IMG/VR virus record: IMGVR_UViG_3300021387_001083
Location: 20,634 to 84,633 of that record
DNA from: a virus
Lineage: Duplodnaviria > Caudoviricetes
Reading direction: 5' to 3' (one strand)
Length of the DNA: 64,000 nt
Shown: in pieces, positions 41,528 to 51,320 of the stretch
Layout: each line of letters opens with the position of its first letter
Numbering within the stretch: position 1 is the first letter of the stretch
The notes under the pieces: generated by a model
Told to the model about the DNA's origin: nothing
What the model saw: only the letters and a program-made list of their open reading frames with translations
The model's database searches: none
Program-made: the position numbers and the translations under genes

Positions 41528-42328
41528 TTATATCATTTTTTTTTGATTTTTTAAAATATTGTATGTACGACATACACTCATTGCTTTTTCTTTGCATCCT
41601 TCGTTAATGATTTTTTGTGTTTCATCTTCTGGAAACAATTCTTTATTTTCAACAAAAGCGTTATAAGCAGCCATAGCTTGTGTGAAAGCAAATTCCATCA
41701 ATTCGTCATTTGCAATAAAAGCTCCTGAAAGCACTCTGTATTCGAGGCCGTATGGACATAATCTGAAGCTTCCGGCTTTACCGTAAAGCTGACGTCTTTC
41801 GGAATCGTCATCAAACAATACAGAAGGAATTCCGACATACATATCCATATAACGTACAAGCATCAATGAATCGTATGTATTAGGTCTGTCATAACCTAAA
41901 TGAATATGGCAGCCTGTCGAACGTAGGTCTGTGGATTCACCCTTTGGTTTTGGGTTTGGTCTTTCAGTATATACATTATAATCGACAGAACATCCAAAAA
42001 GCTTAGCTTCTTTGCTTTTAAGCTGGTCTTTGTCAACATGTGCTGAAGCTTTGCAAAGAATGTCATAATCAGGATTTGCTTTTTGTACAAAGTTTCTGAT
42101 ATAATCCTTCATATAATTCATATGATGTAACCATTCTTCAAGCGTTGTACATGGTGGAATGTTGAATTCTGCCAAAATATTGTCTATTTCAAGGCCGAAA
42201 CCTTCAGGCATATCATCGCTTCTATAAGGGTTACCTTTTTCACCGGGAATAATACCAATGGACGATATTATTTTTTCATTCCGTTTGTCATAAATAAACA
42301 GTTCGGGATCTGCACCTATTGTTATCAT
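41528..42328 (-). CDS. phiEco32-like COOH-NH2 ligase type 2
   Basis: TIGADPELF, DNILAEFNIPP, FGCSVD.N, RSTGCHIH.G, R..YGKAG.FR..PYG.EYR.LS. Confidence 0.85.
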   Translation of the reverse strand: MITIGADPELFIYDKRNEKIISSIGIIPGEKGNPYRSDDMPEGFGLEIDNILAEFNIPPCTTLEEWLHHMNYMKDYIRNFVQKANPDYDILCKASAHVDKDQLKSKEAKLFGCSVDYNVYTERPNPKPKGESTDLRSTGCHIHLGYDRPNTYDSLMLVRYMDMYVGIPSVLFDDDSERRQLYGKAGSFRLCPYGLEYRVLSGAFIANDELMEFAFTQAMAAYNAFVENKELFPEDETQKIINEGCKEKAMSVCRTYNILKNQKKMI

Positions 42329-42330
42329 TT

Positions 42331-42987
42331 TTATATTAAAGACTTTAAAATGTTATTGAATGTTTTTATTGTTTGTGAGTTTAAATCCATCATCTCAGGA
42401 TGTCCTTGAATAGCAAGGAATTTTGGATTGTTTTGTTTATGAAACAAAATTACTTCTGGTTCACCAAAAGTATTTATTTTTGATATTTTTTCAACATCAC
42501 CATCGAATTTGTCACCAGCATAATAGCCTTTGCTTCTTTGTTCTTCAGATATATAAAGTAATGTGTAATCATCTGGATCCATATCATAAGGATACATCAT
42601 CTGATGATGCAAAGAAGGAATATCCAATTCCAAAGGCAGTTCTTCGTTATCAGATACATTAATGATGGAATGAGTGCTACCAATCCAGTGGTTGTCGACA
42701 TCTTGTACCAGCAAACCACCATTCAGCGCACATGCTAACTGTGCTCCTCTACATATGCCGAGACCAATCTGGTCATTTCTCATTTTATGGTAACATTCAA
42801 GTTCATATTTATCACGAGCTTCAGTGAAGTATGTAGTTTTATGAACTTTACAACCATATAATGCAGGATTTATGTCCTCGCCTCCAGTGAACAATACTAT
42901 GTCTGCGTCTTCAATGGATTTTACTATTTCCAGCGATTCAATCCATCTTGAATAACTTTTACTGAAACCAACTACAAATACTTTCAT
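42331..42987 (-). CDS. Class I glutamine amidotransferase / peptidase C26 (PuuD-like)
   Basis: FTGGEDINP, nucleophile elbow GICRGAQ, SLHHQ, IQGHPE. Confidence 0.85.
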   Translation of the reverse strand: MKVFVVGFSKSYSRWIESLEIVKSIEDADIVLFTGGEDINPALYGCKVHKTTYFTEARDKYELECYHKMRNDQIGLGICRGAQLACALNGGLLVQDVDNHWIGSTHSIINVSDNEELPLELDIPSLHHQMMYPYDMDPDDYTLLYISEEQRSKGYYAGDKFDGDVEKISKINTFGEPEVILFHKQNNPKFLAIQGHPEMMDLNSQTIKTFNNILKSLI

Positions 42988-44492
42988 TTTTTATAAAACG
43001 CTTTAAAATTATCCTTATAATAAGTTAATCTTTTATCAAAATTATTGATCCAAAAACTATAATTATATGCCATATATTTATAGTCATTATCAATAAAACC
43101 AAATGCATTGTTTTTGATACGTCCGTAAAACTCACTAAATTTAGTCAGACTGGCACTGTAGTTTTGAATACTATCGTCATCAGATTCTTCCAATGCTTCA
43201 AGATCAAGTTCTTCTTTATCGTCTTCTATATCTTTCAAATATGTTTCCAGTTTGTTATAAAACTGTGTTTTTGAAAAATGGTTTAGAAGAGAAATGTCAT
43301 CATACTCGCTACAAGCAAAGAAATCGTACTCGCGTTCAGAAAAAAGTATTTCCTTTGTAGTAAAATTTATAATATTCAATATGTTTATTATGGAGTAATG
43401 GTTATAACCATTTTTGATAAGCTGCAATGCATCACTTAACATAAAATTATAAGGAAACATATAAGCATATCTAATCAACGTAATCAATAATTTATGCCAA
43501 AATACATTTGCATTTATCGTTACGTTGAAACGATAACCAACAAGATAATTCTTATCGTCAACATCTGTTATTTCATATTGAAAATCATGAACTTTTCTTA
43601 GTTTTTCAAAATATATCTGTATGTCGCTTTTAGAAAAGATACACCAGTTACGAGTTGGATTTGTATTGCTGTATTTTGTAGGAGTATCTATATAATACGT
43701 TATTTTATAGTCTGCAGTCTGATCTACATATGGAAACTCTTCTTTAAATAAATTACCAAAACACCAAGTGTCATGGTATACTTTTGAGAACCGATCGTAT
43801 GTACTGGTTGTGGACCATTTGCTGTTACTCATTCGATGACCAAAGTCTATATATTTGGCACAATATTTGCCAAAATATGACAAATATCTATATATCAACG
43901 AATTACAAAGCAAAACTGCGTTACTGTTTGTAGGCATTATTTCTGGATGACCTTGGATACATAAACATGAAGGCCTATCATCATTTATATTTTCATAAGC
44001 AAAAATTTCTGGTCTGTTATCTATTGTTGAAATATACAATATACGACCACGTTTGGTAATTCTTCTTTCATCTAACATCTGATGATGTGTAGATGTAATT
44101 TCCAGTTCGTCAGGCAAACTGCCAATAAAGGGTGAATAACGTCTTATAGTATGTGTTCCAGTTATAGCATGTCCCGGCACATCCTGTATAAGTTTTGAAC
44201 CATTCATAACAGCAAGAAACTGAGCTCCACGACATATACCTACACACAATTGTCTTTCACCATCTACTGAATTAAAAACAGATTGCTCATATTTATCCCG
44301 TGCTAAATTAGAATACGTTGTAGGATCTTTTTTCGCACCATACAATTCAGGAGACACATCTTCACCACCAGTAAACAATACTATATCTGCATCTTCTAAA
44401 CGGTCTACAATTTTGTGGTTTTCTATAAATTTCGCATAATTGGTGTCGCCACCAACAACATAAACTTTTACATTATCTATTAATTGTATCAT
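42984..44492 (-). CDS. Class I glutamine amidotransferase / peptidase C26 fused to an unknown C-terminal domain
   Basis: FTGGEDVSP, GICRGAQ, STHHQ and IQGHPE in the first ~200 aa. The remaining ~290 aa resemble ORF 44473-45327. Confidence 0.8.
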   Translation of the reverse strand: MIQLIDNVKVYVVGGDTNYAKFIENHKIVDRLEDADIVLFTGGEDVSPELYGAKKDPTTYSNLARDKYEQSVFNSVDGERQLCVGICRGAQFLAVMNGSKLIQDVPGHAITGTHTIRRYSPFIGSLPDELEITSTHHQMLDERRITKRGRILYISTIDNRPEIFAYENINDDRPSCLCIQGHPEIMPTNSNAVLLCNSLIYRYLSYFGKYCAKYIDFGHRMSNSKWSTTSTYDRFSKVYHDTWCFGNLFKEEFPYVDQTADYKITYYIDTPTKYSNTNPTRNWCIFSKSDIQIYFEKLRKVHDFQYEITDVDDKNYLVGYRFNVTINANVFWHKLLITLIRYAYMFPYNFMLSDALQLIKNGYNHYSIINILNIINFTTKEILFSEREYDFFACSEYDDISLLNHFSKTQFYNKLETYLKDIEDDKEELDLEALEESDDDSIQNYSASLTKFSEFYGRIKNNAFGFIDNDYKYMAYNYSFWINNFDKRLTYYKDNFKAFYKK

Positions 44493-45327
44493 AAAACATG
44501 TTATTAAATTTTTGTATTATATCCTGCATTGAAGCGTCAATGATATTTTTATATAAATTCAATTTTCCATTTCGTATCTTAGCAAATGCAATAGAATATT
44601 CTTCTTCAATTTCAGCATTTGTATGTTTGATTATAGTATTTTTAGTATCACTAAAATAGTCATTTATCTTACAATATTCTGAAACACATGTCATTAGTTC
44701 ATCTTTACTTAATTTTTTTGGTATTCTGCTAAGATGTTTCGTCATTGTGTTATGTAGATTGAAGAATAAAGAGTGCCCACTTAACATACTATTGAAATCA
44801 TAGAACAATATGGAATTGATGTAAAGTATTTGAAAAAGCTGTTCTTTTTCTGTTTCAGGATGGTTTTTAAAAAATTGCAATGCTGAATACAATACTCCAG
44901 AGAGTGGAAATTCATACAAATATCTGACACTTGTCAAAAATATCTTATGACAGAGTGGTGTACCTTTCAGATTATTGATAATCAAACTATAACCGTAATC
45001 ATTATTCAGTTTAAGTTTATATGTAAATGAAAAATAGTTTTTTAATATGTTCAGATATTTTTCTATATCTTTACGTTTAAAAAAGCATACATTATTACGG
45101 TTATCTATATGTGCCGGTGTTATTAATCTTATATTATATGATGATTTGATTATTATATCGTCGGGACAATCTATAAATGCAGTAAACAATTTCGAAAAAC
45201 ACACACTATTATCTGCAATAAGCCTTTCATTTCCATCCACATTTAGCTTTACATTATATATTGTGTGAAAATCACCTGAATTTAGTTTCCGTGATTCAAG
45301 TTTAGCTAAATCTTTCTTTGTTATCAT
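44473..45327 (-). CDS. Hypothetical protein, paralog of the C-terminal domain of 42984-44492
   Basis: Shared blocks CF..LF, C.F...DI..Y...L......Y and HK...T..RY.Y.FP. Confidence 0.65.
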   Translation of the reverse strand: MITKKDLAKLESRKLNSGDFHTIYNVKLNVDGNERLIADNSVCFSKLFTAFIDCPDDIIIKSSYNIRLITPAHIDNRNNVCFFKRKDIEKYLNILKNYFSFTYKLKLNNDYGYSLIINNLKGTPLCHKIFLTSVRYLYEFPLSGVLYSALQFFKNHPETEKEQLFQILYINSILFYDFNSMLSGHSLFFNLHNTMTKHLSRIPKKLSKDELMTCVSEYCKINDYFSDTKNTIIKHTNAEIEEEYSIAFAKIRNGKLNLYKNIIDASMQDIIQKFNNMFYDTINR

Positions 45328-46138
45328 CTATTATTTTTTTTAACATTTTAGTGTATTGTATGATACCGACTTCACCAAGTGCTGGAGCGCTATTGGTTTC
45401 AAGAATTATAAATTTCGGGGATTCTTTTTTTGTCTGTACTTTAACATCAACAGCTGCAATATCAAGTCCTACTGCATTTTTTGCTGCTATACAGGCATCT
45501 ACAATATCATTCCAGTTTAAAGGCTTGTCAAAAATAGGATTTTCTTCAAGAATCCATACAGAATTCGATTCATGGCGATGCCAACGGACATCTGCATCAT
45601 TTTTAAGCATTTTTCTGCAGGTATAGAAACATCCGTCATTAGTTATATGCAGTCTGTATTCTTTTGAATAAGTGTAATATTTTTCAAACACATAATTTTC
45701 ATAATGGTTGTAAGTTTGAAACCATTTTTCGAGATCTTCTTCTGTTTCTATAAAATAGATATTGTTACCTTTTGAAGAATGTTTATGTTTGATGATTATT
45801 CTTTTCCATTCTTTCAATTTCCCATAAACAAGATCTTTAAATGTCTGGACGTCTTCTTCTGGAGTTTTGATGATATATTCTGCAGTAGGTACTCCAGCCG
45901 CAACAAACAGCTGTTTCATGACTATTTTGTCATTTGAATTGGCACATGCTTCAGGAGAATTTATTTCAAAATAACCTTCTTTGCGTGTAATTGCATTTGT
46001 CGGCGTAGTACTACCCATTCTATAAATTACACCATACGGCACTTCTATAGATTTTAATGCTTTGCATGATGTATTTTTAGATCTTATTATTAGTTTTTTT
46101 GTACGCATAATAACAAAAAGGGGTATGATTTTCACCAT
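45302..46138 (-). CDS. ATP-grasp ligase (RimK/YheC-like); probable start at MRTKK
   Basis: DKIVMKQLF...VPT, IIKHKHSSKG, FEKY, EYRLHI, AAVDV and ILETNSAPAL. Confidence 0.85.
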   Translation of the reverse strand: MVKIIPLFVIMRTKKLIIRSKNTSCKALKSIEVPYGVIYRMGSTTPTNAITRKEGYFEINSPEACANSNDKIVMKQLFVAAGVPTAEYIIKTPEEDVQTFKDLVYGKLKEWKRIIIKHKHSSKGNNIYFIETEEDLEKWFQTYNHYENYVFEKYYTYSKEYRLHITNDGCFYTCRKMLKNDADVRWHRHESNSVWILEENPIFDKPLNWNDIVDACIAAKNAVGLDIAAVDVKVQTKKESPKFIILETNSAPALGEVGIIQYTKMLKKIIDDNKERFS

Positions 46139-46164
46139 ACCCCATTGACATTTTGTGATTCTTA

Positions 46165-46377
46165 TTAGAGATTCTTCAATGCGTGATATACGTTTCTTGA
46201 AAGATCTTTTGTGTTTGTACGCATATAACTTTCCAAAAGATTCTTGTTTTCAGGATACATATTATGTGCCATATGCAGCAATGTGGTTCTACTGCAAGAT
46301 GAACATTTGTTACTTTCTGGGGTTTCCCCATATCTTTCAACATATTTCTTAAAAAGTTTTCCGTATTTCATTTTCAA
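46165..46377 (-). CDS. Small hypothetical protein
   Basis: 70-aa ORF filling the primase to ATP-grasp gap. Confidence 0.4.
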   Translation of the reverse strand: MKMKYGKLFKKYVERYGETPESNKCSSCSRTTLLHMAHNMYPENKNLLESYMRTNTKDLSRNVYHALKNL

Positions 46378-47350
46378 AAAGTTTTAAAATTGTTTTTTTA
46401 AATTCGTTTTTATTATTGATTTTTTTGTAAAGGTCACTGACATCTTTGCCGCCATCAAATTCAGGTAGGATTATGTTTTTAAAGCCTGTTTTCCCAGCCA
46501 AAGATTCACCATCTTTTAAGCCTGCAGTGTCATTATCAAACAAGATAAATATGTGCTTAAAACGGGACTTAAGCACGTTTTGGGCAGTGTTGCTTATACT
46601 ATAGCCTTCACCTTGTACAGCTATACTTGGTATTCCTGTATTAGCCCAAAGACAAAGCGCATCTTTCATTGAAGAACAGATACATAAAATCTCGCCAGTT
46701 AATGGAATTTTTGTCCATAAACTTATTACACTCATATCATGTTTGTTTGTCCATTTGAAACCTTTGGTGTTAAAAGGTTGATATATTTTCAGTGTCGTTT
46801 TACCTTCCTTGAATTCGGCGTATGCGTATGCATGTTTATCGGCCCTGACGGCATTTCTGGCTCCGTTCCTGACAAAGATTATATCGGATATTGGATAAAT
46901 ATCTGCATATTTAAGCCAATCTAAAGAAATACCGTAAGAATTCCAATATTCCAAATCGTATGATTCCCAGTTCCTTGTCTTACACAATAATTCTGTATCA
47001 GTGCTTCTGTAACATTTTGTCGTTTTGAATTTTTTTGACACAGTACTTTCAAAAGACATGTTTGTCATATCTTTTCTTATCTTTGAAAGCACTTCATTAA
47101 AAGGCAATCCCCATAAACGTTTCAAAAACTCTAAAAGGTCACCTTTTTCGCCAGTGGAAAAATCTTTCCATCTGACATTGTTATTTACAAAATATATACA
47201 GAATGACGGATGTTTGTCAACTCTGAAAGGACTATTTATAAGACAAGGTAGTTTTGTTATTCCTGTGTAATAATATAATATTTTTAAAATGGAATCTGCG
47301 TTAAGAATATCTTCTTTATTCAACGACAGTTCTCCTTCACTGAAAATCAT
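46349..47350 (-). CDS. dnaG: DnaG-type DNA primase (degenerate Zn-finger plus TOPRIM)
   Basis: SPFRVDKHPSF..WKDFSTGEKGD, KIYQP, SSMKDALCL, QGE, LFDNDTAG and KDVSD. Confidence 0.85.
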   Translation of the reverse strand: MIFSEGELSLNKEDILNADSILKILYYYTGITKLPCLINSPFRVDKHPSFCIYFVNNNVRWKDFSTGEKGDLLEFLKRLWGLPFNEVLSKIRKDMTNMSFESTVSKKFKTTKCYRSTDTELLCKTRNWESYDLEYWNSYGISLDWLKYADIYPISDIIFVRNGARNAVRADKHAYAYAEFKEGKTTLKIYQPFNTKGFKWTNKHDMSVISLWTKIPLTGEILCICSSMKDALCLWANTGIPSIAVQGEGYSISNTAQNVLKSRFKHIFILFDNDTAGLKDGESLAGKTGFKNIILPEFDGGKDVSDLYKKINNKNEFKKTILKLFENEIRKTF

Positions 47351-48457
47351 TTATTCCCAAGGAAGCTTGTCTTCCGGTTCTTCGTTCAGAATTTTTTCAA
47401 GAGGTGATGGTTCCATAACAGGCATTGAAGCATTTGCCGGTTGTATGTCACTTGCTTCAATTTCGTACTTCTTGTAAGGACCACAATAAAATTCAGTATT
47501 TATGTATTTATTGTTGACTTTAGCCTCATTAAGAGCACGTTCAAACTTATAGTAAGTTCCAGTCTGTCTGTTAGGATATGCACTATATCTCAAGAAACAA
47601 TCCAAGAATGCGTCGGAAAATCTTCGTCCATCATCAATAGTTCTGATGCCGAACATTATCCTGACCATATTTTCAGATCTTGACTTTACAAAGTTCCTGA
47701 TTGCTGTAACGTCGCCTTTGAAAAATGCATTGAAGTCATCAACCGTAAACTGAAGTTTGCATTTGTCAAGATTCGGATTTGTCTCAAATTTTCCGGTATC
47801 GTTATTGAAGAAACTTACGTCTTGTAATCCATAAAACATGGCAAGGAAGTTGACAAGGTTCTCTTCGCCTCTAAACATAGGTCTGTAACTACCTGCATCA
47901 ATATCAGCAGGACCAGTCCTGTATTGAGGGATAGCTCTTGCCTTATATTCATCGTTGGTAAGCCAAGCGGTTCTTCTGTACTGATCTATGACACGCACTT
48001 TAGTACCGTCACTGTTTGTATAATAATTCTTTGTAAGAAGAAACGTTATAGGCTCAAATCTCTCAATACCGCAATGTTCCTTGGATGTTTTTACAATAAA
48101 CATTATTCTTGCCTGAGAAACAGGTTTGCCGTTAAAGTCTGTTCCTTCGGAAACATATTCAGGAATTCTCATGTCCCTGCCTGTGATTTCTTTTGCTTCT
48201 TCTGTAGTCGGATTTACAGCTACGATTTTACACGGTGCTACACCATAATATCTTTCAAAAGGAACTTTGTCAACTGAATCTTCTCCAGAAGAATAAGTAA
48301 GAAATGAATAAGTGTTCTTTTTCACTTCCTTTTCCTTTTCACTTTTGGTTTTTACTTTAGTATTGACTTTATATAATTTTTGATTCACTCTAATAGCTTC
48401 TTTTAGTTTATTCATTTCAATTAATTTGATAAAAATTTCTAATAGTTTGATCCACAA
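47351..48457 (-). CDS. Putative single-stranded DNA-binding protein (crAss-like)
   Basis: Lies between the ATPase and primase genes, acidic C-terminal tail ending EEPEDKLPWE. The start may be downstream of the annotated one. Confidence 0.55.
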   Translation of the reverse strand: MWIKLLEIFIKLIEMNKLKEAIRVNQKLYKVNTKVKTKSEKEKEVKKNTYSFLTYSSGEDSVDKVPFERYYGVAPCKIVAVNPTTEEAKEITGRDMRIPEYVSEGTDFNGKPVSQARIMFIVKTSKEHCGIERFEPITFLLTKNYYTNSDGTKVRVIDQYRRTAWLTNDEYKARAIPQYRTGPADIDAGSYRPMFRGEENLVNFLAMFYGLQDVSFFNNDTGKFETNPNLDKCKLQFTVDDFNAFFKGDVTAIRNFVKSRSENMVRIMFGIRTIDDGRRFSDAFLDCFLRYSAYPNRQTGTYYKFERALNEAKVNNKYINTEFYCGPYKKYEIEASDIQPANASMPVMEPSPLEKILNEEPEDKLPWE

Positions 48458-49115
48458 GACTTAAACTATTCGGTATTTCAAAATCATCAAACATACCTAG
48501 TGGGGTTTTTGCACTTGAAAAATTAGCTTTTGTCTGGAAATAATATTTGTTGTCTCCATTGTCACCGTATTCGACTCTTGTCATCAATACGATAGGATAA
48601 AAGCCTTCAGGTTGTGTTTTTGTAAGCTTCTTACCACTTACACTAAAAACAGTTTTTTCCGAACCATCTGGTTGTGTTTGAAGCATCGTATGACCCATAA
48701 CATAGACAATTTGATCGTCACGTAAATCGTTACATAACATATTAAGTTCTATAACGTCATTGGCGTAATCTTTCCACTGATCAAAGGTCATTTTACGACG
48801 ATCGTTGAATTCTTTCATAGCAAGATAGATATTTATCGTATCTATTGCCACAGACTTGATATTAGGCTGCTCTTTTATCCATAAAAGCAATCTTCGAATT
48901 TCTTCAAAGGTTGTAGGCTCTGCATAATTTTTATGTGCAACGTCCCACATACCTCCTGGAATAGGAAGCGCCTTTTTATCAAGATTTATAATAAAATGTG
49001 TCTTAGGATCCATTCCTTTATAATTCTTCATATCAAAAGAACCATCAGGATTGATTATTGTGCTGGTCGATTTACCATCACCTGAATTACCCAATATAGC
49101 TACTAGTTTAGACAT
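48417..49115 (-). CDS. P-loop AAA-family ATPase (Sak4-like recombination/replication ATPase)
   Basis: Walker A GNSGDGKST, Walker B VAIDT, MGH, and AKTPLGMF. Confidence 0.75.
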   Translation of the reverse strand: MSKLVAILGNSGDGKSTSTIINPDGSFDMKNYKGMDPKTHFIINLDKKALPIPGGMWDVAHKNYAEPTTFEEIRRLLLWIKEQPNIKSVAIDTINIYLAMKEFNDRRKMTFDQWKDYANDVIELNMLCNDLRDDQIVYVMGHTMLQTQPDGSEKTVFSVSGKKLTKTQPEGFYPIVLMTRVEYGDNGDNKYYFQTKANFSSAKTPLGMFDDFEIPNSLSLVDQTIRNFYQIN

Positions 49116-49118
49116 TAA

Positions 49119-50303
49119 TTAAATTGTTTTCCTCATTATTTTTTGTTTTATATATGAAAAGAAAGTATACACTTTATTTGATTTCTTTCTAGTCATATTG
49201 TTTGTAATATATTGATAAACTTTGTTAAGATTTGTTGTATCATTTGAAGCAGGAAGACTTGTAAAATAATTTACAGCACCATCGAAGAATAATGGACATA
49301 TGCCATTTGATCTACCTTCTCGGTTAAGAACAACTTCCATAACTCTGAAAGAATCTTTCAGTTTAGATACATCATATCCTATATAAGCCGGATATTCAAA
49401 AGCATAAGGATTTGTAAGACCTATCATAAGAGTACAGTCATTACCTGTATTTTTACAATCCGACAAACCTGCTTTTGTAGGTCTAATGTTACCTGTCTTT
49501 CTTGCTTCCAAACCTCCTGATTCTGAGGCACTTTGCTGTTGTACCACTACAGATATATATTTGAATTTGTTTTTTATGTACACCATGTTTTTGGACAATG
49601 TTGCAATTGCATTAAATAATGTTCCGTCGTTTCTTGTGGGAGTCAACAAACTCACATGGTCTACAACAGCTATGACAAATTCGTCAGGATCGTCTGGTAT
49701 ATATTCCGACAATTCCTTACCTGTATGTTTTTCACCTGTAATATCATCAGTGTAAGTACATTCAGTATATGTTGCCTTACCATGGTCTTTGGCATAAGAC
49801 TTCAATACAATATCAATACCTACATTATTAGTTTCACTTCTAAATTCTACGTGGGAGTCATAGAATTCCAGAATATCTGTATATTCTTTTGTGTGAAGTA
49901 ATTCTAATATTTCATCTGACAACAAGTTATCTGCATCAACAGATTTTAACTGTAAAGGATCAACCCTTATAGTATGTTTAGAAAGTTTGAATAGCAAGAA
50001 TGCCATAAACTGTAATGTTATAGCTTCAGGAGTTTCTTCCAATGGAAAATAGAATATTTTCACTCGCATTTGGTCTGGATGCTCATAAGCATATAGTATT
50101 GAATGATATACAAACAGATAATTTGCAATCTTCGATTTACCTGATTTTGTTTGACCTGATATTAATGCGTAAGTTCCTTTTTCTATTACAGGTATCTCTC
50201 CTCTAAAAGTTTCTATGGGGAAAGGATACCCGTTTATTTCATTGTTTTCTATCCTAGCTTTACGGGTTGCCATTAATTCAAATGTACGTTGAAGTACACT
50301 CAT
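49119..50303 (-). CDS. dnaB: DnaB-like replicative helicase
   Basis: GQTKSGKS, FPLEE, VVDHVSLL, VVQQQ and LNREG. Confidence 0.8.
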   Translation of the reverse strand: MSVLQRTFELMATRKARIENNEINGYPFPIETFRGEIPVIEKGTYALISGQTKSGKSKIANYLFVYHSILYAYEHPDQMRVKIFYFPLEETPEAITLQFMAFLLFKLSKHTIRVDPLQLKSVDADNLLSDEILELLHTKEYTDILEFYDSHVEFRSETNNVGIDIVLKSYAKDHGKATYTECTYTDDITGEKHTGKELSEYIPDDPDEFVIAVVDHVSLLTPTRNDGTLFNAIATLSKNMVYIKNKFKYISVVVQQQSASESGGLEARKTGNIRPTKAGLSDCKNTGNDCTLMIGLTNPYAFEYPAYIGYDVSKLKDSFRVMEVVLNREGRSNGICPLFFDGAVNYFTSLPASNDTTNLNKVYQYITNNMTRKKSNKVYTFFSYIKQKIMRKTI

Positions 50304-50869
50304 ACAACGACCTCCCCTGGATCAAAATTAATTGTGCTAAGTTGACCCAAATTCTCAATACAAGTTGCAAGATCCGACTGATTGTCTTTTAAGATAAAAT
50401 ACTTGAGTACACGCATGGTTCTGTAATTGCCATTGAAACTGTCTATATATTCTTTTGTAGCTTGAATGATAGTTTCATATGGTACATCCATTTTTTCAGG
50501 ATATTTATTATAAAAGCACTGTAACTTTTTTACAATGGCTCTTATGTTTGCTCTCCATGGCGTGTTGGTACCGTCTTTCATTCCTCTAGGATACAATTCA
50601 ATCAGTTGTTTTGCAAGATTTGTCAATTGGTCTTCTTTTGGGACTTCTTCATCACATGCAATAAGGATACTTTCGATTTCTTTTGCGGTATCCTTGTAAA
50701 GAGTATGTACTCCACCAGCATCTTTAAATACTTTCAAATTATCTGTCAATTCTTTAAGGTGTTGTAATACATCTCTTTTCCTACACTGTCTTATTGCAAG
50801 GCATATGAGGAATTTTCCATAAGACCATCCTTTTCTTTTAATTACTTCATCATTAAGTGTTAATTTCAT
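50300..50869 (-). CDS. Conserved phage protein upstream of the helicase (possible loader/initiator)
   Basis: 189 aa with LIELYP, ATKEYI and LKYFI blocks. Function inferred from position only. Confidence 0.45.
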   Translation of the reverse strand: MKLTLNDEVIKRKGWSYGKFLICLAIRQCRKRDVLQHLKELTDNLKVFKDAGGVHTLYKDTAKEIESILIACDEEVPKEDQLTNLAKQLIELYPRGMKDGTNTPWRANIRAIVKKLQCFYNKYPEKMDVPYETIIQATKEYIDSFNGNYRTMRVLKYFILKDNQSDLATCIENLGQLSTINFDPGEVVV

Positions 50870-51314
50870 TAATAATTTCGTACAACTTCAATTCTTCTTG
50901 ATCAATACGTTTTTTAAATTGATCGCCAGTATAAAGAAAGCTTGTGATGTTGTAATCTGCAAACTTTTTCAATTCATATGCCAAAGCATCATATATTTTA
51001 GATACTCTAGCATAAGCTTTTTGTTTTGCTTTTCTTAAAGCTATCGACTCACCTATATCGTCTTTATAGGATTCTTGATCTTCAATATGGCACCTTGTAA
51101 TTCCTATAGAATAGAATTTCAATTTGCCATTGACATATGTTATAGTATCTGCAAGCGTTCCTTTTAGGCTTTTTTTTCGGAATCTTTTAATTATAGGCCG
51201 TATTATATTGTCTGTTACTGCAGGATTTGCAGAAAGATCAAGATAACAGTTAATTCTGCATACGGTAACGTCATTCCGGTGTGTAAATTTAGGTTTCCCT
51301 AGTTTTAATTTCAT
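50853..51314 (-). CDS. Hypothetical protein
   Basis: 153-aa ORF containing TRCHIED..KDDIGESIALRKA. Confidence 0.6.
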   Translation of the reverse strand: MKLKLGKPKFTHRNDVTVCRINCYLDLSANPAVTDNIIRPIIKRFRKKSLKGTLADTITYVNGKLKFYSIGITRCHIEDQESYKDDIGESIALRKAKQKAYARVSKIYDALAYELKKFADYNITSFLYTGDQFKKRIDQEELKLYEIINEINT

Positions 51315-51320
51315 TTTTAG

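Noticed and set aside
38855-46138. Known 7-deazaguanine or 2-aminoadenine DNA modification pathway
   Set aside because: No QueC, QueD, FolE, DpdA or PurZ-like genes are recognisable. The GATase-II is not fused to QueC.
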